A stretch of DNA of 62,464 nt, filler included, from an uncultured bacterium (GTDB lineage Bacteria > Hinthialibacterota > Hinthialibacteria > Hinthialibacterales > Hinthialibacteraceae), in the NCBI GenBank assembly GCA_964449065.1. It is 15 parts of 15 records of this genome, joined end to end, with 100 filler letters (N's around TTAATTAATTAA, not from the genome) between each part and the next. Parts side by side here need not be neighbours in the genome. Positions count along the whole stretch, not along the records: positions 37,974 to 42,035 come from CAYVAZ010000413.1; positions 42,136 to 46,178 come from CAYVAZ010000414.1; positions 46,279 to 50,282 come from CAYVAZ010000415.1; 12 more parts are not named here. The stretch is one strand, 5' to 3'. Every line of letters begins with the position of its first letter. The stretch's first letter is position 1. The position numbers were made by a program, and so were the translations under genes. The notes under the pieces are model-generated. The model did not search any database, was not told the origin of the DNA, and was given only the letters and a program-made list of their open reading frames with translations. This document shows, in pieces, positions 39,438-47,650 of the stretch.

Positions 39438-39788
39438 TTATCCACCAGAACGCTTAACTGTAAATCCCTGCTTGGCAAGTTCTTCCATCACAACATCGCG
39501 GTGGTCGCCTTGAATTTCGATCACGGCATCTTTCACCGTGCCGCCGGAGCCGCATTTTTGCTTTAACACTTTGGCGACATCTTTGATGTCATCCAACTGA
39601 ATGGGCAATCCGGAAACAGTGGTGACCCCTTTGCCTTTGCGGCCTTTGGTTTCACGGCCTACGCGTACAATACCGTCTTTTTTCTGTTGCGCGTTTTGCT
39701 TCTTGCAAACACACTTCTTTAGTGGTTTGTTGCATTTCGGGCATGTATTGTTGAATTCGGTTGAATAAACCAGTTCAGAATTGCTCAT
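39438..39788 (-). CDS. yciH: Translation initiation factor SUI1 family protein
   Basis: 'LVYST', 'ETKGRKGKGVT', 'LKQKCGSGGTVK', 'IEIQGDHR'. Confidence 0.92.
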   Translation of the reverse strand: MSNSELVYSTEFNNTCPKCNKPLKKCVCKKQNAQQKKDGIVRVGRETKGRKGKGVTTVSGLPIQLDDIKDVAKVLKQKCGSGGTVKDAVIEIQGDHRDVVMEELAKQGFTVKRSGG

Positions 39789-39795
39789 ATATAAA

Positions 39796-40368
39796 TTAAC
39801 CGCCTAATACGGTTTTGACCTTCTCAAAGAATGACTGCGTTTGTGGATGGGATTCTTCCCCGCTGATTTTGGCGAATTCTTCCAGCAGTTCTTTTTGCCG
39901 CGTTGAAAGTTTTGTNNNNNNNNNNNNNNNNNNNNNNNNNNNNNNNNNNNNNNNNNNNNNNNNNNNNNNNNNNNNNNNNNNNNNNNNNNNNNNNNNNNNN
40001 NNNNNNNNNNNNNNNCCGCCACCGCCACGCCGTCCGGCACCAAATATTTCATCAAAAAAGTCGCCGAAATCACCGAAAATATCTTGAAAATCATGATAAG
40101 CATGAGATTGACGAAAACCGCCTCCACCGAATCCGCCCGCACCGACACCGGCATGGCCAAACTGGTCATACGCTTGGCGTTTTTGCTGATCGCTCAGTAC
40201 TTCGTAGGCTTCGGTGGCTTCTTTAAACTTGGCTTCGGCTTCCGCATCTCCCTGATTTCTATCAGGATGGTACTTTAACGCCATCTTGCGGTACGCTTTT
40301 TTGATCTCTTCCGCCGAGGCGTTTTTTTTCACGCCTAACACTTCATAATAATCTCTTGTTGCTGCCAT
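39796..40368 (-). CDS. dnaJ: Chaperone DnaJ; central part lost in a 100-N scaffold gap (39916-40015)
   Basis: J-domain 'DYYEVLGV...YHPDRN', G/F region, C-terminal '[12 protein letters not shown]...SFFEKVK'. Confidence 0.92.
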   Translation of the reverse strand: MAATRDYYEVLGVKKNASAEEIKKAYRKMALKYHPDRNQGDAEAEAKFKEATEAYEVLSDQQKRQAYDQFGHAGVGAGGFGGGGFRQSHAYHDFQDIFGDFGDFFDEIFGAGRRGGGXXXXXXXXXXXXXXXXXXXXXXXXXXXXXXXXXXTKLSTRQKELLEEFAKISGEESHPQTQSFFEKVKTVLGG

Positions 40369-40473
40369 ATTGGCAAACCCCTACCGTGCATAATTACATT
40401 TTTGACACACTTATAGACTGAAACCGTTTAACTTAAGGTTATTATAATAGAAAAGCAAAATCAGTTCCGATCT

Positions 40474-40800
40474 TTAGGTGGTTTTCATTTTATTTTTGTA
40501 ATAGTCCAATTCATTTTCTAATTCGGATACCCTGTCCAATAAATCCAGCACCAAACCTACTCCATTCAGGTTGATGCCGAAATCATGCTGCAAGCGTATA
40601 ATTTTTTGGATACGGGTGACTGTGCTGATGTCAAACTTGACAATGGGACTATGCTGCACCGGATCAATCAGCCCCATCGTGATATAGTCTTCAATTGTTT
40701 CATCATGCAATCCAACCGATTGAGAGATCTCTTGTATACTGAGATACTCGGTTTGGATGGATACGCTGTATTGAATGATCGAATGTTCTTCTTTCATCAT
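40474..40800 (-). CDS. cbpM: Chaperone modulator CbpM (MerR-like)
   Basis: 'GLIDP...RLQHDFGINLNGVGLVLDLLDRV'; directly downstream of cbpA. Confidence 0.85.
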   Translation of the reverse strand: MMKEEHSIIQYSVSIQTEYLSIQEISQSVGLHDETIEDYITMGLIDPVQHSPIVKFDISTVTRIQKIIRLQHDFGINLNGVGLVLDLLDRVSELENELDYYKNKMKTT

Positions 40801-40804
40801 TCTG

Positions 40805-41773
40805 CTATGTCCTTGGATTGAAGGTAGAGATTTGTTTTAATTTGTTGAACAACTCTTCTTCGTGTTTGGATAAGGTTTTTGGCACCGCGATTTTCAGTTC
40901 AATTAATATATCCCCGTGCCCGCCGCCTTTTTTGGCCAATCCCTTGCCGCCGAGGCGTAGTTGCTGGCCGCTTTGCGCCCCTTTGGGGATCGCGATTGTT
41001 CCGGTATCCACTACGGTTTGAAATTCGATTTTGGCACCCAAAGCCGCTTCCCAGGGTGAAATTGCCAGGGTGGTCAGCAGATCGCTGCCTTTGACATGAA
41101 AGCGGGGGTGCGGGGCAATGTGGATTTTCAAAAACACATCCCCGGCGGCGCCTCCACCGGTGCCTTTTTCTCCTAAGCCGTTTAAGCGCAGTACCTTGCC
41201 TTCGGTCACGCCGGGTGGGATTTTGACGTCATACTTTTTCGTCTTTTCTTCCAGCTGGCCGTTGCCCGCGTCTTCCAGCACGGTCATCGCAAGAGATTTT
41301 TTGGCGCCGTGATAGGCTTCTTCCAGCGTGATGGTGAGTTCGGCTTCATGCGAGCGGCCCGCTCTCGCACGCTGCCGCGGCTGTCGGCCTTCACCGAAAA
41401 TATCCTTCCCCCCAAAGAACATGGAAAAGAAATCGCTGAAATCCGCGTCGCCAAAATTGGAATAATAAAACGTTTTACCGCCGGGGCCGGATTCGAAATT
41501 GCCGTATCGCTGTTCCCATTCGGGCGGCGGGCGGAAGTCTTGCCCGGCTTGCCAATTTTGCCCAAGTTGATCGTATTTTTTGCGTTTTTCCGGGTCTTTT
41601 AACACCTCGTAGGCTTCGTTGGCCTGCTTGAATTTTTCTTCTGAACCGGATTTCGAGTTTAAATCGGGGTGGTATTTTCGGGCCAATTTACGATAGGCCC
41701 GCTGGATATCTTTTTGCGAGGCATCACGGGCGACGCCAAGCACATTGTAATAATCCTGAAACTCAACAGCCAC
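40805..41773 (-). CDS. cbpA: DnaJ-class chaperone CbpA
   Basis: J-domain with HPD, 'FSDFF', no Zn finger, 'ISPWEAALG'. Confidence 0.9.
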   Translation of the reverse strand: MAVEFQDYYNVLGVARDASQKDIQRAYRKLARKYHPDLNSKSGSEEKFKQANEAYEVLKDPEKRKKYDQLGQNWQAGQDFRPPPEWEQRYGNFESGPGGKTFYYSNFGDADFSDFFSMFFGGKDIFGEGRQPRQRARAGRSHEAELTITLEEAYHGAKKSLAMTVLEDAGNGQLEEKTKKYDVKIPPGVTEGKVLRLNGLGEKGTGGGAAGDVFLKIHIAPHPRFHVKGSDLLTTLAISPWEAALGAKIEFQTVVDTGTIAIPKGAQSGQQLRLGGKGLAKKGGGHGDILIELKIAVPKTLSKHEEELFNKLKQISTFNPRT

Positions 41774-41980
41774 TTTCTTCTGTTTACCTCTTCATGATAT
41801 GGATAGCAAACAATAAATTTTATCACGATGGGAAAGGGATAAAAGTGAAGATGTCGTGTTGGGCGCATGAAGTATGCCGCTTCTCTTGCTGGTCACGCAG
41901 TGGAATAGATCCCTGTTTGGGTTCGCGAAGCAGTGGAAATCGAAACGTAACCCAACGGCGCACATCCCCTGGAGCCTGTG

Positions 41981-42035
41981 GTTATCCCCCCTTATTAAGG
42001 GGGGGTAGGGGGGATCGAAGCACGCTTTCAACAAC
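41981..42035. repeat. Dispersed hairpin repeat at a contig end
   Basis: Closely matches the reverse complement of about 29626-29681. Confidence 0.75.
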
Positions 42036-42135
42036 NNNNNNNNNNNNNNNNNNNNNNNNNNNNNNNNNNNNNNNNNNNNTTAATTAATTAANNNNNNNNN
42101 NNNNNNNNNNNNNNNNNNNNNNNNNNNNNNNNNNN

Positions 42136-42724
42136 TATCCCTCCAACTATCGGTGGTGATGGTTGACGCATCACTATGGGGAAATTGGGAGGCAAACCGT
42201 AAATATAAATAGATTTCATAGGAAGATACAGGTTGATTTTGCTTCATGCGAAGCCGGTTTTTTAAAAACCGCGCACGGAGCGCCAAACGGGAATGATTGA
42301 AGAAAGGCGCTCTTTTATAGGCTTCAATCGCCTCCTCCCATTGCTCCAACTTTTTGTATGTTTCCCCCATAAAGAATTGCAGCCAGCCATGGTTGTAGCC
42401 CGGATTGAGCCGATGGATGGCTTGATATTGTTTCAGTGCCTGCCGGTAAGCGTCTTCGGAATTTCGTTCTAACAGATTTAGTCCGGCTTGATAGCGGTGT
42501 TCAAAGATTTGTTTTCGATGGTTGGTGTTATGGGAATCCGGTATATTGGATAAAAACGAAATGGAGCGCTCGAAATGTTGTACAGTATCTTGCAGGTTTT
42601 TATTTGTCTTCAGGTCATCCACAATGCGTTGAATATCGTGATCACCGGTTGAGAGCGAAATCAGCGATACGGGCAGGGCCGCCAGCAAGAGGACGATTGC
42701 GCATGGGATAATTAGTTTCATCAT
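42136..42724 (-). CDS. TPR protein, N-terminal half (continues at 12760-13371)
   Basis: N-terminal TM segment; TPR 'FFMGETYKKLEQWEEAIEAYKRA'; 55-bp overlap with the contig starting at 12760. Confidence 0.85.
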
Positions 42725-42793
42725 TTGATAACTGGTTCATATTGGTTAACGTGAGTGCATAGTGTATATGCAGACACGGGAAATGGAAACACG

Positions 42794-43186
42794 CTATTGC
42801 TCTTTTCGTTTGCGCAAGCGCTTGGCACCCGAAGTGGGGCTGGAACTCATGATCATATACAGGCCGATAAAAACCACCAAAAAACAGCCGCCGCCAACAT
42901 AGACGGCCACGTTCGCGTGGAGCGGTTTTTCTTCCAACGGCTCGACCGTTATCGTTGGAGAGAAATCCCTTGAGGGACGGGATGCCGGTGTGGAGCGTCT
43001 TGCCGGTTGTTGCGCGGGCTGCTGCCGGGCCGGCTGGGGCTCATTGGCCGGAGCGGGTGCTTGGGTTGCCGCCGGTTGGGGTGAATCGGGCGGGGTTTCT
43101 TGGGTTTGGGTAAACCCTGTTAAGGGCAATAAGAAGATTGCAACCAGACAAACAGATAAAACGGCTTTAAAAAAATTATGGGACAC
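42794..43186 (-). CDS. Small exported protein with a Pro/Gln linker and C-terminal TM anchor plus basic tail
   Basis: Signal peptide, low-complexity linker, 'VAVYVGGGCFLVVFIGLYMI', 'KRLRKRK'. Confidence 0.7.
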   Translation of the reverse strand: MSHNFFKAVLSVCLVAIFLLPLTGFTQTQETPPDSPQPAATQAPAPANEPQPARQQPAQQPARRSTPASRPSRDFSPTITVEPLEEKPLHANVAVYVGGGCFLVVFIGLYMIMSSSPTSGAKRLRKRKEQ

Positions 43187-45707
43187 GAATCACCTCGATG
43201 GTTCCATCATAACTGTCATTCATGGAGATCGAAACGTGGAGTGTATCTTGGATTTTTGTTCCACCCAACGCTCTCCCTTTGTGTTTTTCCATAAAGAATC
43301 TATTGGCATTTTCGCCAGCCGGAACGGATATTTCAAGCGGTGAAGCATGGGTAATTAGATAACGGTCAATATTTTGGCGATTCAATTCGGCGAACGATTC
43401 GTATATTACTTGATCACCGTTCTGCACCGGGGCAGCCAACCGCTGGGGAGGATTGCTTAGATTGACGCGGTGCCGCATAAGAAATTGCTGCTGCTGTCCG
43501 GTATTTTCGACATGGGATAAGGCGAGCGGCTGCATGAATTGACCTTCCGGATTTGGGTTTACAACTTGGACGATATGGCCTTTAAGCAGATCACCGACAG
43601 GAGCGGCATGATGCAGCTGCAAGCTGAAGGTACCGTTTTTTTCATCCAAATTGTGCAAGATTCCCGGTGTAACGGCAGATTCAATATGAATGGCGTGTTT
43701 CCCGAAACGTACGTTTGTTCCACCGATTATACGCATCCGTTTGAACTGTCCATCTATCAGTTGAATATGAGCGAATTTGGCTTGGAATTCTAGTTCATGA
43801 TTGTGGAATTTTGTTTGGTAGATTTGATCCGGTTGGATGGTAGAGAAGAAGATGTCGTGCCGGCCGGTGTTTTTGATTACAATGGCGTTGGCTTGAAAGC
43901 CGGTGGCGTTGGTTTGCGGGGTTAGGGGCAAAGATTCTATTTGGATATCAGCCTGCTGGTTTCCATTGCCGATTTCATGAACCACGGTGAAGAGATTGGC
44001 GGTGGGTTCGGCAAATTCCCGGCGGTTGATGAGCAGGTTGGTTTGCTGGTTTTGTGCATGGAGTAGGGAAGAAGGCATATCATTGATCAGCCAGAGGCGT
44101 TCGCGGCCGGATGCAATTGGCGTTATGTCTTTCGATTCTGCTTTTTTTACGGAATCTGCCTGTTGTAGGGATTGGTATTCATCCGGTGATACCGTATGGC
44201 TTTGCCAATTAAGTTTGAAGCTATCTACATTCTCTCCTGGTAAATAATAAATGTAATCTTGTACGCTCCCTCCAGAAACACGGAACCAATCGATAATATA
44301 GGGGGAGTAGACATAGACATCGCGTTGGTAGTGCGTGACGGGATGGGTTAAGCCGGGGTAATCCGGCGGGTAGTTCGCCCGTTCGCCGTATTTGCCGGAA
44401 GCGCTTGTGGAAAGATATGTGCCGCCGTTTTGGAATGGTTTGAAACTGGTGATTAAGGCATTTTGAGGAGCGTTTGCTTGCGGGAAGAACGAATGTTGGC
44501 GGTCTACCAATACATTGTTGACCTCAATATCTTTAATCCGTTTGTGAGTACTGGGAGGAAACAAAAACAGGTTTAAATAGTGGGGGTGATTGTGAATGTT
44601 GATTCCAGTAGATAGGTATGCCAACAGCGGCACATCTCCTTCATCCGTCAATATACCGGCACCTATTCTTGGAAATACTTCTGCAGGCGGGAGCGACAAT
44701 TGCGGTTCTTCCAATGAATCCAGTTGCACTTTGCCAAAGATAAGCATATCGGCGCGGCGCAGGCTGTTTTTGTATACCGTTTGTAGGATCATCTCTGCAT
44801 CTTTATCCTCAAAAATCCGCGCGGAGCGTTCCAGCGCGGAGAACCCCCAATATTTTGAAGTGTCATCTGAAAACACCGGGAAAGCGTTTCCGTTTCTAGC
44901 CATCAGTTTCGACCATTTTATGATGAAGTCTATGTGTCTATAGATCCATGGTTTAAGACTATCATATTCATCCGTGCCGTATTCCTTTAAAGCACTCAAT
45001 AGCACAATGAGATATCCAATATCACCTGGTAGATCACGGTAGACTATTCCTTCCGATGGCGATGCTTCGCTTAGGACTTTCCAAAAGGGTTTAGTATCCT
45101 CATTACCATGTAAATAGAGTTGTACTTTTTCATGATCCGAGGTTAACAACCCCGCGTAGATACAGGCCGCTTGATGGATAGCGATTTCAATTGGGTTATC
45201 TTGATCGGGGACAATCTGATAAAGAGTGTTGGCATAGGATTTCAACAGTTCTTGAGCTTCATTTTTGGCAGGAAATTCGAATGTCACGGTTTCAGGAAGC
45301 GCCCATAAGCAATCGTAGGTTTGAAGGGTTTGAAACCATTCGTGGGCTCTATGCGCTTCCGGGCTGGTGGATAGAGCGGTGTTTACATCCATGAATGCTT
45401 GAGAGACACGGTCTTTGCCGCCTAATAGCGCCGCTTTTACGGTTTCTGTACGTATGGGATTGAAGTAATTACTGGAAATCGACTGAGTGATGGTCTGATC
45501 CGTCCACCGAACCCGCTTGACTTGTTCACGAACGGCGGAGATGTGACCGGCATCAAACGCATAGGGTGGCGGTTTTATCTGCGTTGATGACGCGGCGCTG
45601 TTTTGCGCCATACCGGCTGAAATAAATCCGCACACCAGCAAGCAAAGAAATAGTTGAAATCGAATTCGCATAGGCATCCTATCTACTAAACGAATGAAAT
45701 GAGGCAT
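43176..45707 (-). CDS. Large secreted protein, distantly heparinase II/III-like
   Basis: Signal peptide; helical N-half; beta-rich C-half with 'HNHPHYLNL', 'NNVLVD', 'YIIDWFRVSGG...DY'. Confidence 0.55.
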   Translation of the reverse strand: MPHFIRLVDRMPMRIRFQLFLCLLVCGFISAGMAQNSAASSTQIKPPPYAFDAGHISAVREQVKRVRWTDQTITQSISSNYFNPIRTETVKAALLGGKDRVSQAFMDVNTALSTSPEAHRAHEWFQTLQTYDCLWALPETVTFEFPAKNEAQELLKSYANTLYQIVPDQDNPIEIAIHQAACIYAGLLTSDHEKVQLYLHGNEDTKPFWKVLSEASPSEGIVYRDLPGDIGYLIVLLSALKEYGTDEYDSLKPWIYRHIDFIIKWSKLMARNGNAFPVFSDDTSKYWGFSALERSARIFEDKDAEMILQTVYKNSLRRADMLIFGKVQLDSLEEPQLSLPPAEVFPRIGAGILTDEGDVPLLAYLSTGINIHNHPHYLNLFLFPPSTHKRIKDIEVNNVLVDRQHSFFPQANAPQNALITSFKPFQNGGTYLSTSASGKYGERANYPPDYPGLTHPVTHYQRDVYVYSPYIIDWFRVSGGSVQDYIYYLPGENVDSFKLNWQSHTVSPDEYQSLQQADSVKKAESKDITPIASGRERLWLINDMPSSLLHAQNQQTNLLINRREFAEPTANLFTVVHEIGNGNQQADIQIESLPLTPQTNATGFQANAIVIKNTGRHDIFFSTIQPDQIYQTKFHNHELEFQAKFAHIQLIDGQFKRMRIIGGTNVRFGKHAIHIESAVTPGILHNLDEKNGTFSLQLHHAAPVGDLLKGHIVQVVNPNPEGQFMQPLALSHVENTGQQQQFLMRHRVNLSNPPQRLAAPVQNGDQVIYESFAELNRQNIDRYLITHASPLEISVPAGENANRFFMEKHKGRALGGTKIQDTLHVSISMNDSYDGTIEVIRVP

Positions 45708-45710
45708 TGG

Positions 45711-45813
45711 TTATACCGCTTCAATAAAATAATATGCGGTGCGCGGTATCGGCTGGAAGCCAATGCTCCCCTTTTATGGAGGAATCACACAGAATTTATT
45801 TGAATCCGTATTA
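45711..45813. mobile_element. Complete family-2 MITE (97 bp, 45714-45810) with TTA direct repeats
   Basis: TTA-TACCGCTTCAATAAAAT...ATTTATTTGAATCCGTA-TTA; other copies at 46126-46178 and about 21478-21540. Confidence 0.78.
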
Positions 45814-45830
45814 TTTTGGTAAACGCATCA

Positions 45831-45911
45831 TGGCTCGGCGGGAGCCTCGCCCTCCCATCTCTCTTTTGAGTGAAAAGGGTGCAATGGGAGGGCGAACCTC
45901 CTGGTGAGCCA
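45831..45911. repeat. Inverted REP doublet (REPIN-like)
   Basis: TGGCTCGGCGGGAGCCTCGCCCTCCCA ... TGGGAGGGCGAACCTCCTGGTGAGCCA. Confidence 0.8.
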
Positions 45912-45935
45912 CGAAGGTGCGTACAATGATACATC

Positions 45936-46125
45936 ATGGAAAAGGTCTACAAAGTTCAAGCCAAACCTGCAAAAATTCAATATCAACAAATCAATCAACC
46001 TCTTATCATTTTTATCACGGTTTGCACGAAAGATAAAAAGCCTCTCCTTGATTCCGTACAAGTACATAATCTTTTTCGGTCAATATGGAAACAATCAAAC
46101 ACATGGCTGGTCGGACGGTATATTA
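45936..46125 (+). pseudogene. REP-associated tyrosine transposase (RAYT) N-terminus, interrupted just before the HUH motif
   Basis: 'IIFITVCTKDKKPLL...WLVGRYII' would normally continue 'MPDHxH'; a family-2 MITE starts at 46126 instead. Confidence 0.75.
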
Positions 46126-46178
46126 TACCGCTTCAATGAAATAATATGCGGTGTGCGGTACCGGCTGGAAGCCGAATC
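46126..46178. mobile_element. Family-2 MITE, left part, inserted in the RAYT gene
   Basis: Near-identical to 45714-45766 and preceded by TTA. Confidence 0.78.
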
Positions 46179-46278
46179 NNNNNNNNNNNNNNNNNNNNNN
46201 NNNNNNNNNNNNNNNNNNNNNNTTAATTAATTAANNNNNNNNNNNNNNNNNNNNNNNNNNNNNNNNNNNNNNNNNNNN

Positions 46279-46333
46279 CTGACCAGGGGGTCAGTATGAC
46301 CGAAATGGGGGGTCAATATCACCGAAATATCCA
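46279..46333. mobile_element. IS21-family terminal end
   Basis: Tandem units GGGGGTCAgTATgACCGAAAT / GGGGGTCAaTATcACCGAAAT ending in TCCA; 55 bp at the contig start. Confidence 0.7.
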
Positions 46334-46407
46334 ACCATTGCATTCGTATAGCCTTTGGAAAATAAAATCAGTATTTCAATTTCTCTTTTAGTGAGTATAT
46401 TTTTCAT
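46334..46407 (-). pseudogene. LuxR-type HTH regulator interrupted by the IS21 end
   Basis: Translates 'MKNILTKREIEILILFSKGYTNAM' and then runs into the IS end. Confidence 0.7.
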
Positions 46408-46615
46408 AATTCAGACATTTGGGATTATAGATCAAAAGGGGTTTTTTCAGATAAATCCTTTGCCTTATTAAAATTAATAAAAAATCAGGGAGAAAATGAA
46501 ATCATATTGCAGGTTTTTCTCCTACTGGTATTCAGTATTTTAATTATTGGATCATCGGATTATGATTATCTACGTAGGCATGGATAAAAAAATCAAAATA
46601 CCGGAACTCCGGAAT

Positions 46616-47572
46616 CTATTCTATCACAAATTGTCCCACAATCCTCTCATTAATCCTTATATAATACATTCCGGATTTCAAGGATTGTACAGATATCCTG
46701 TTTTCATGGTGTTTTTCGAGAATTTTCCTGCCGGTAATGTTGTAAATTTCGACCTTATAAACCGGTTCATCTCTTGAGTGGATGTTAATCAGGTTTTTTG
46801 CGGGATTGGGATATATAGAATAATTCTTGTAATCATATTTTTTTATTTCAACCAGCGCTCCTCCAAATACTAAATTATCAATAAGCCATCCCTCATTGGT
46901 TGCATCAATAGAATCGCTTGCCATAGTAAATCTAAGAAGGAAGGTGTCAATATCATATCTTAGTACCTGATGTGAATAAAATGATAATTCAACATATTTA
47001 AATTCCGATTGTATCCCAGTAAAACCAGGCTTATTCTCAAAAGCTAAAATAGTATCTGAAAAATCATAAAATCCAACACTAAAAAGATAATCAATGCATT
47101 TGAAAATTATTGTGTCATATAAGATATTCTGCCAGTTTAACCCACCATCATAAGAGGTTTCTAACATACCTCCATCTTTATTCTTTTCAAAATCGTATTT
47201 ATGATTAAAACTTAAATGATAAATATTCATATCAGAATCAAAATTCAATTTAATCTGAAATGAAGCAGAAATATTTTTTTGATAATATTGATTCGTATCG
47301 CTTATAATAGCATACTCACCAAAATCAGTCTGATTCTCTATATAGAGTATTTCCTTGGACGGCTTTGCAATTTGCCATATCCCAGTGGTGTCAGTAAGTA
47401 CGAATTTGTATTCAGAAGAATCTTCAAAATTTAATGTTGAATATGGGAAATTGAGGACCTCCTGCGAAAAGCCCTGAATTGTCAAAAAGCAAATTGAGCC
47501 CATAATCAATATTTTTTTGATACCCTGATTTTTTATTCTCTTTTTCGGGAAAAAATGATGAAACCGTTTCAT
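46616..47572 (-). CDS. T9SS type A sorting-domain protein
   Basis: C-terminal 'IYPNPAKNLINI...EIYNITG...LKSGMYYIRI'; jelly-roll-like core ending 'GWLIDNL'. Confidence 0.88.
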   Translation of the reverse strand: MKRFHHFFPKKRIKNQGIKKILIMGSICFLTIQGFSQEVLNFPYSTLNFEDSSEYKFVLTDTTGIWQIAKPSKEILYIENQTDFGEYAIISDTNQYYQKNISASFQIKLNFDSDMNIYHLSFNHKYDFEKNKDGGMLETSYDGGLNWQNILYDTIIFKCIDYLFSVGFYDFSDTILAFENKPGFTGIQSEFKYVELSFYSHQVLRYDIDTFLLRFTMASDSIDATNEGWLIDNLVFGGALVEIKKYDYKNYSIYPNPAKNLINIHSRDEPVYKVEIYNITGRKILEKHHENRISVQSLKSGMYYIRINERIVGQFVIE

Positions 47573-47650
47573 ATTATGATGTGTTTAGACATAAAATAGT
47601 ATTTATACGGAAACTCAATTCATTTTTAGTAATGTTTTTTGGAACACATA

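Noticed and set aside
39796..40368. Naturally short DnaJ lacking the Zn-finger region
   Set aside because: The missing part coincides with a 100-N scaffold gap
40369..40473. CIRCE operator upstream of dnaJ
   Set aside because: No TTAGCACTC-N9-GAGTGCTAA match
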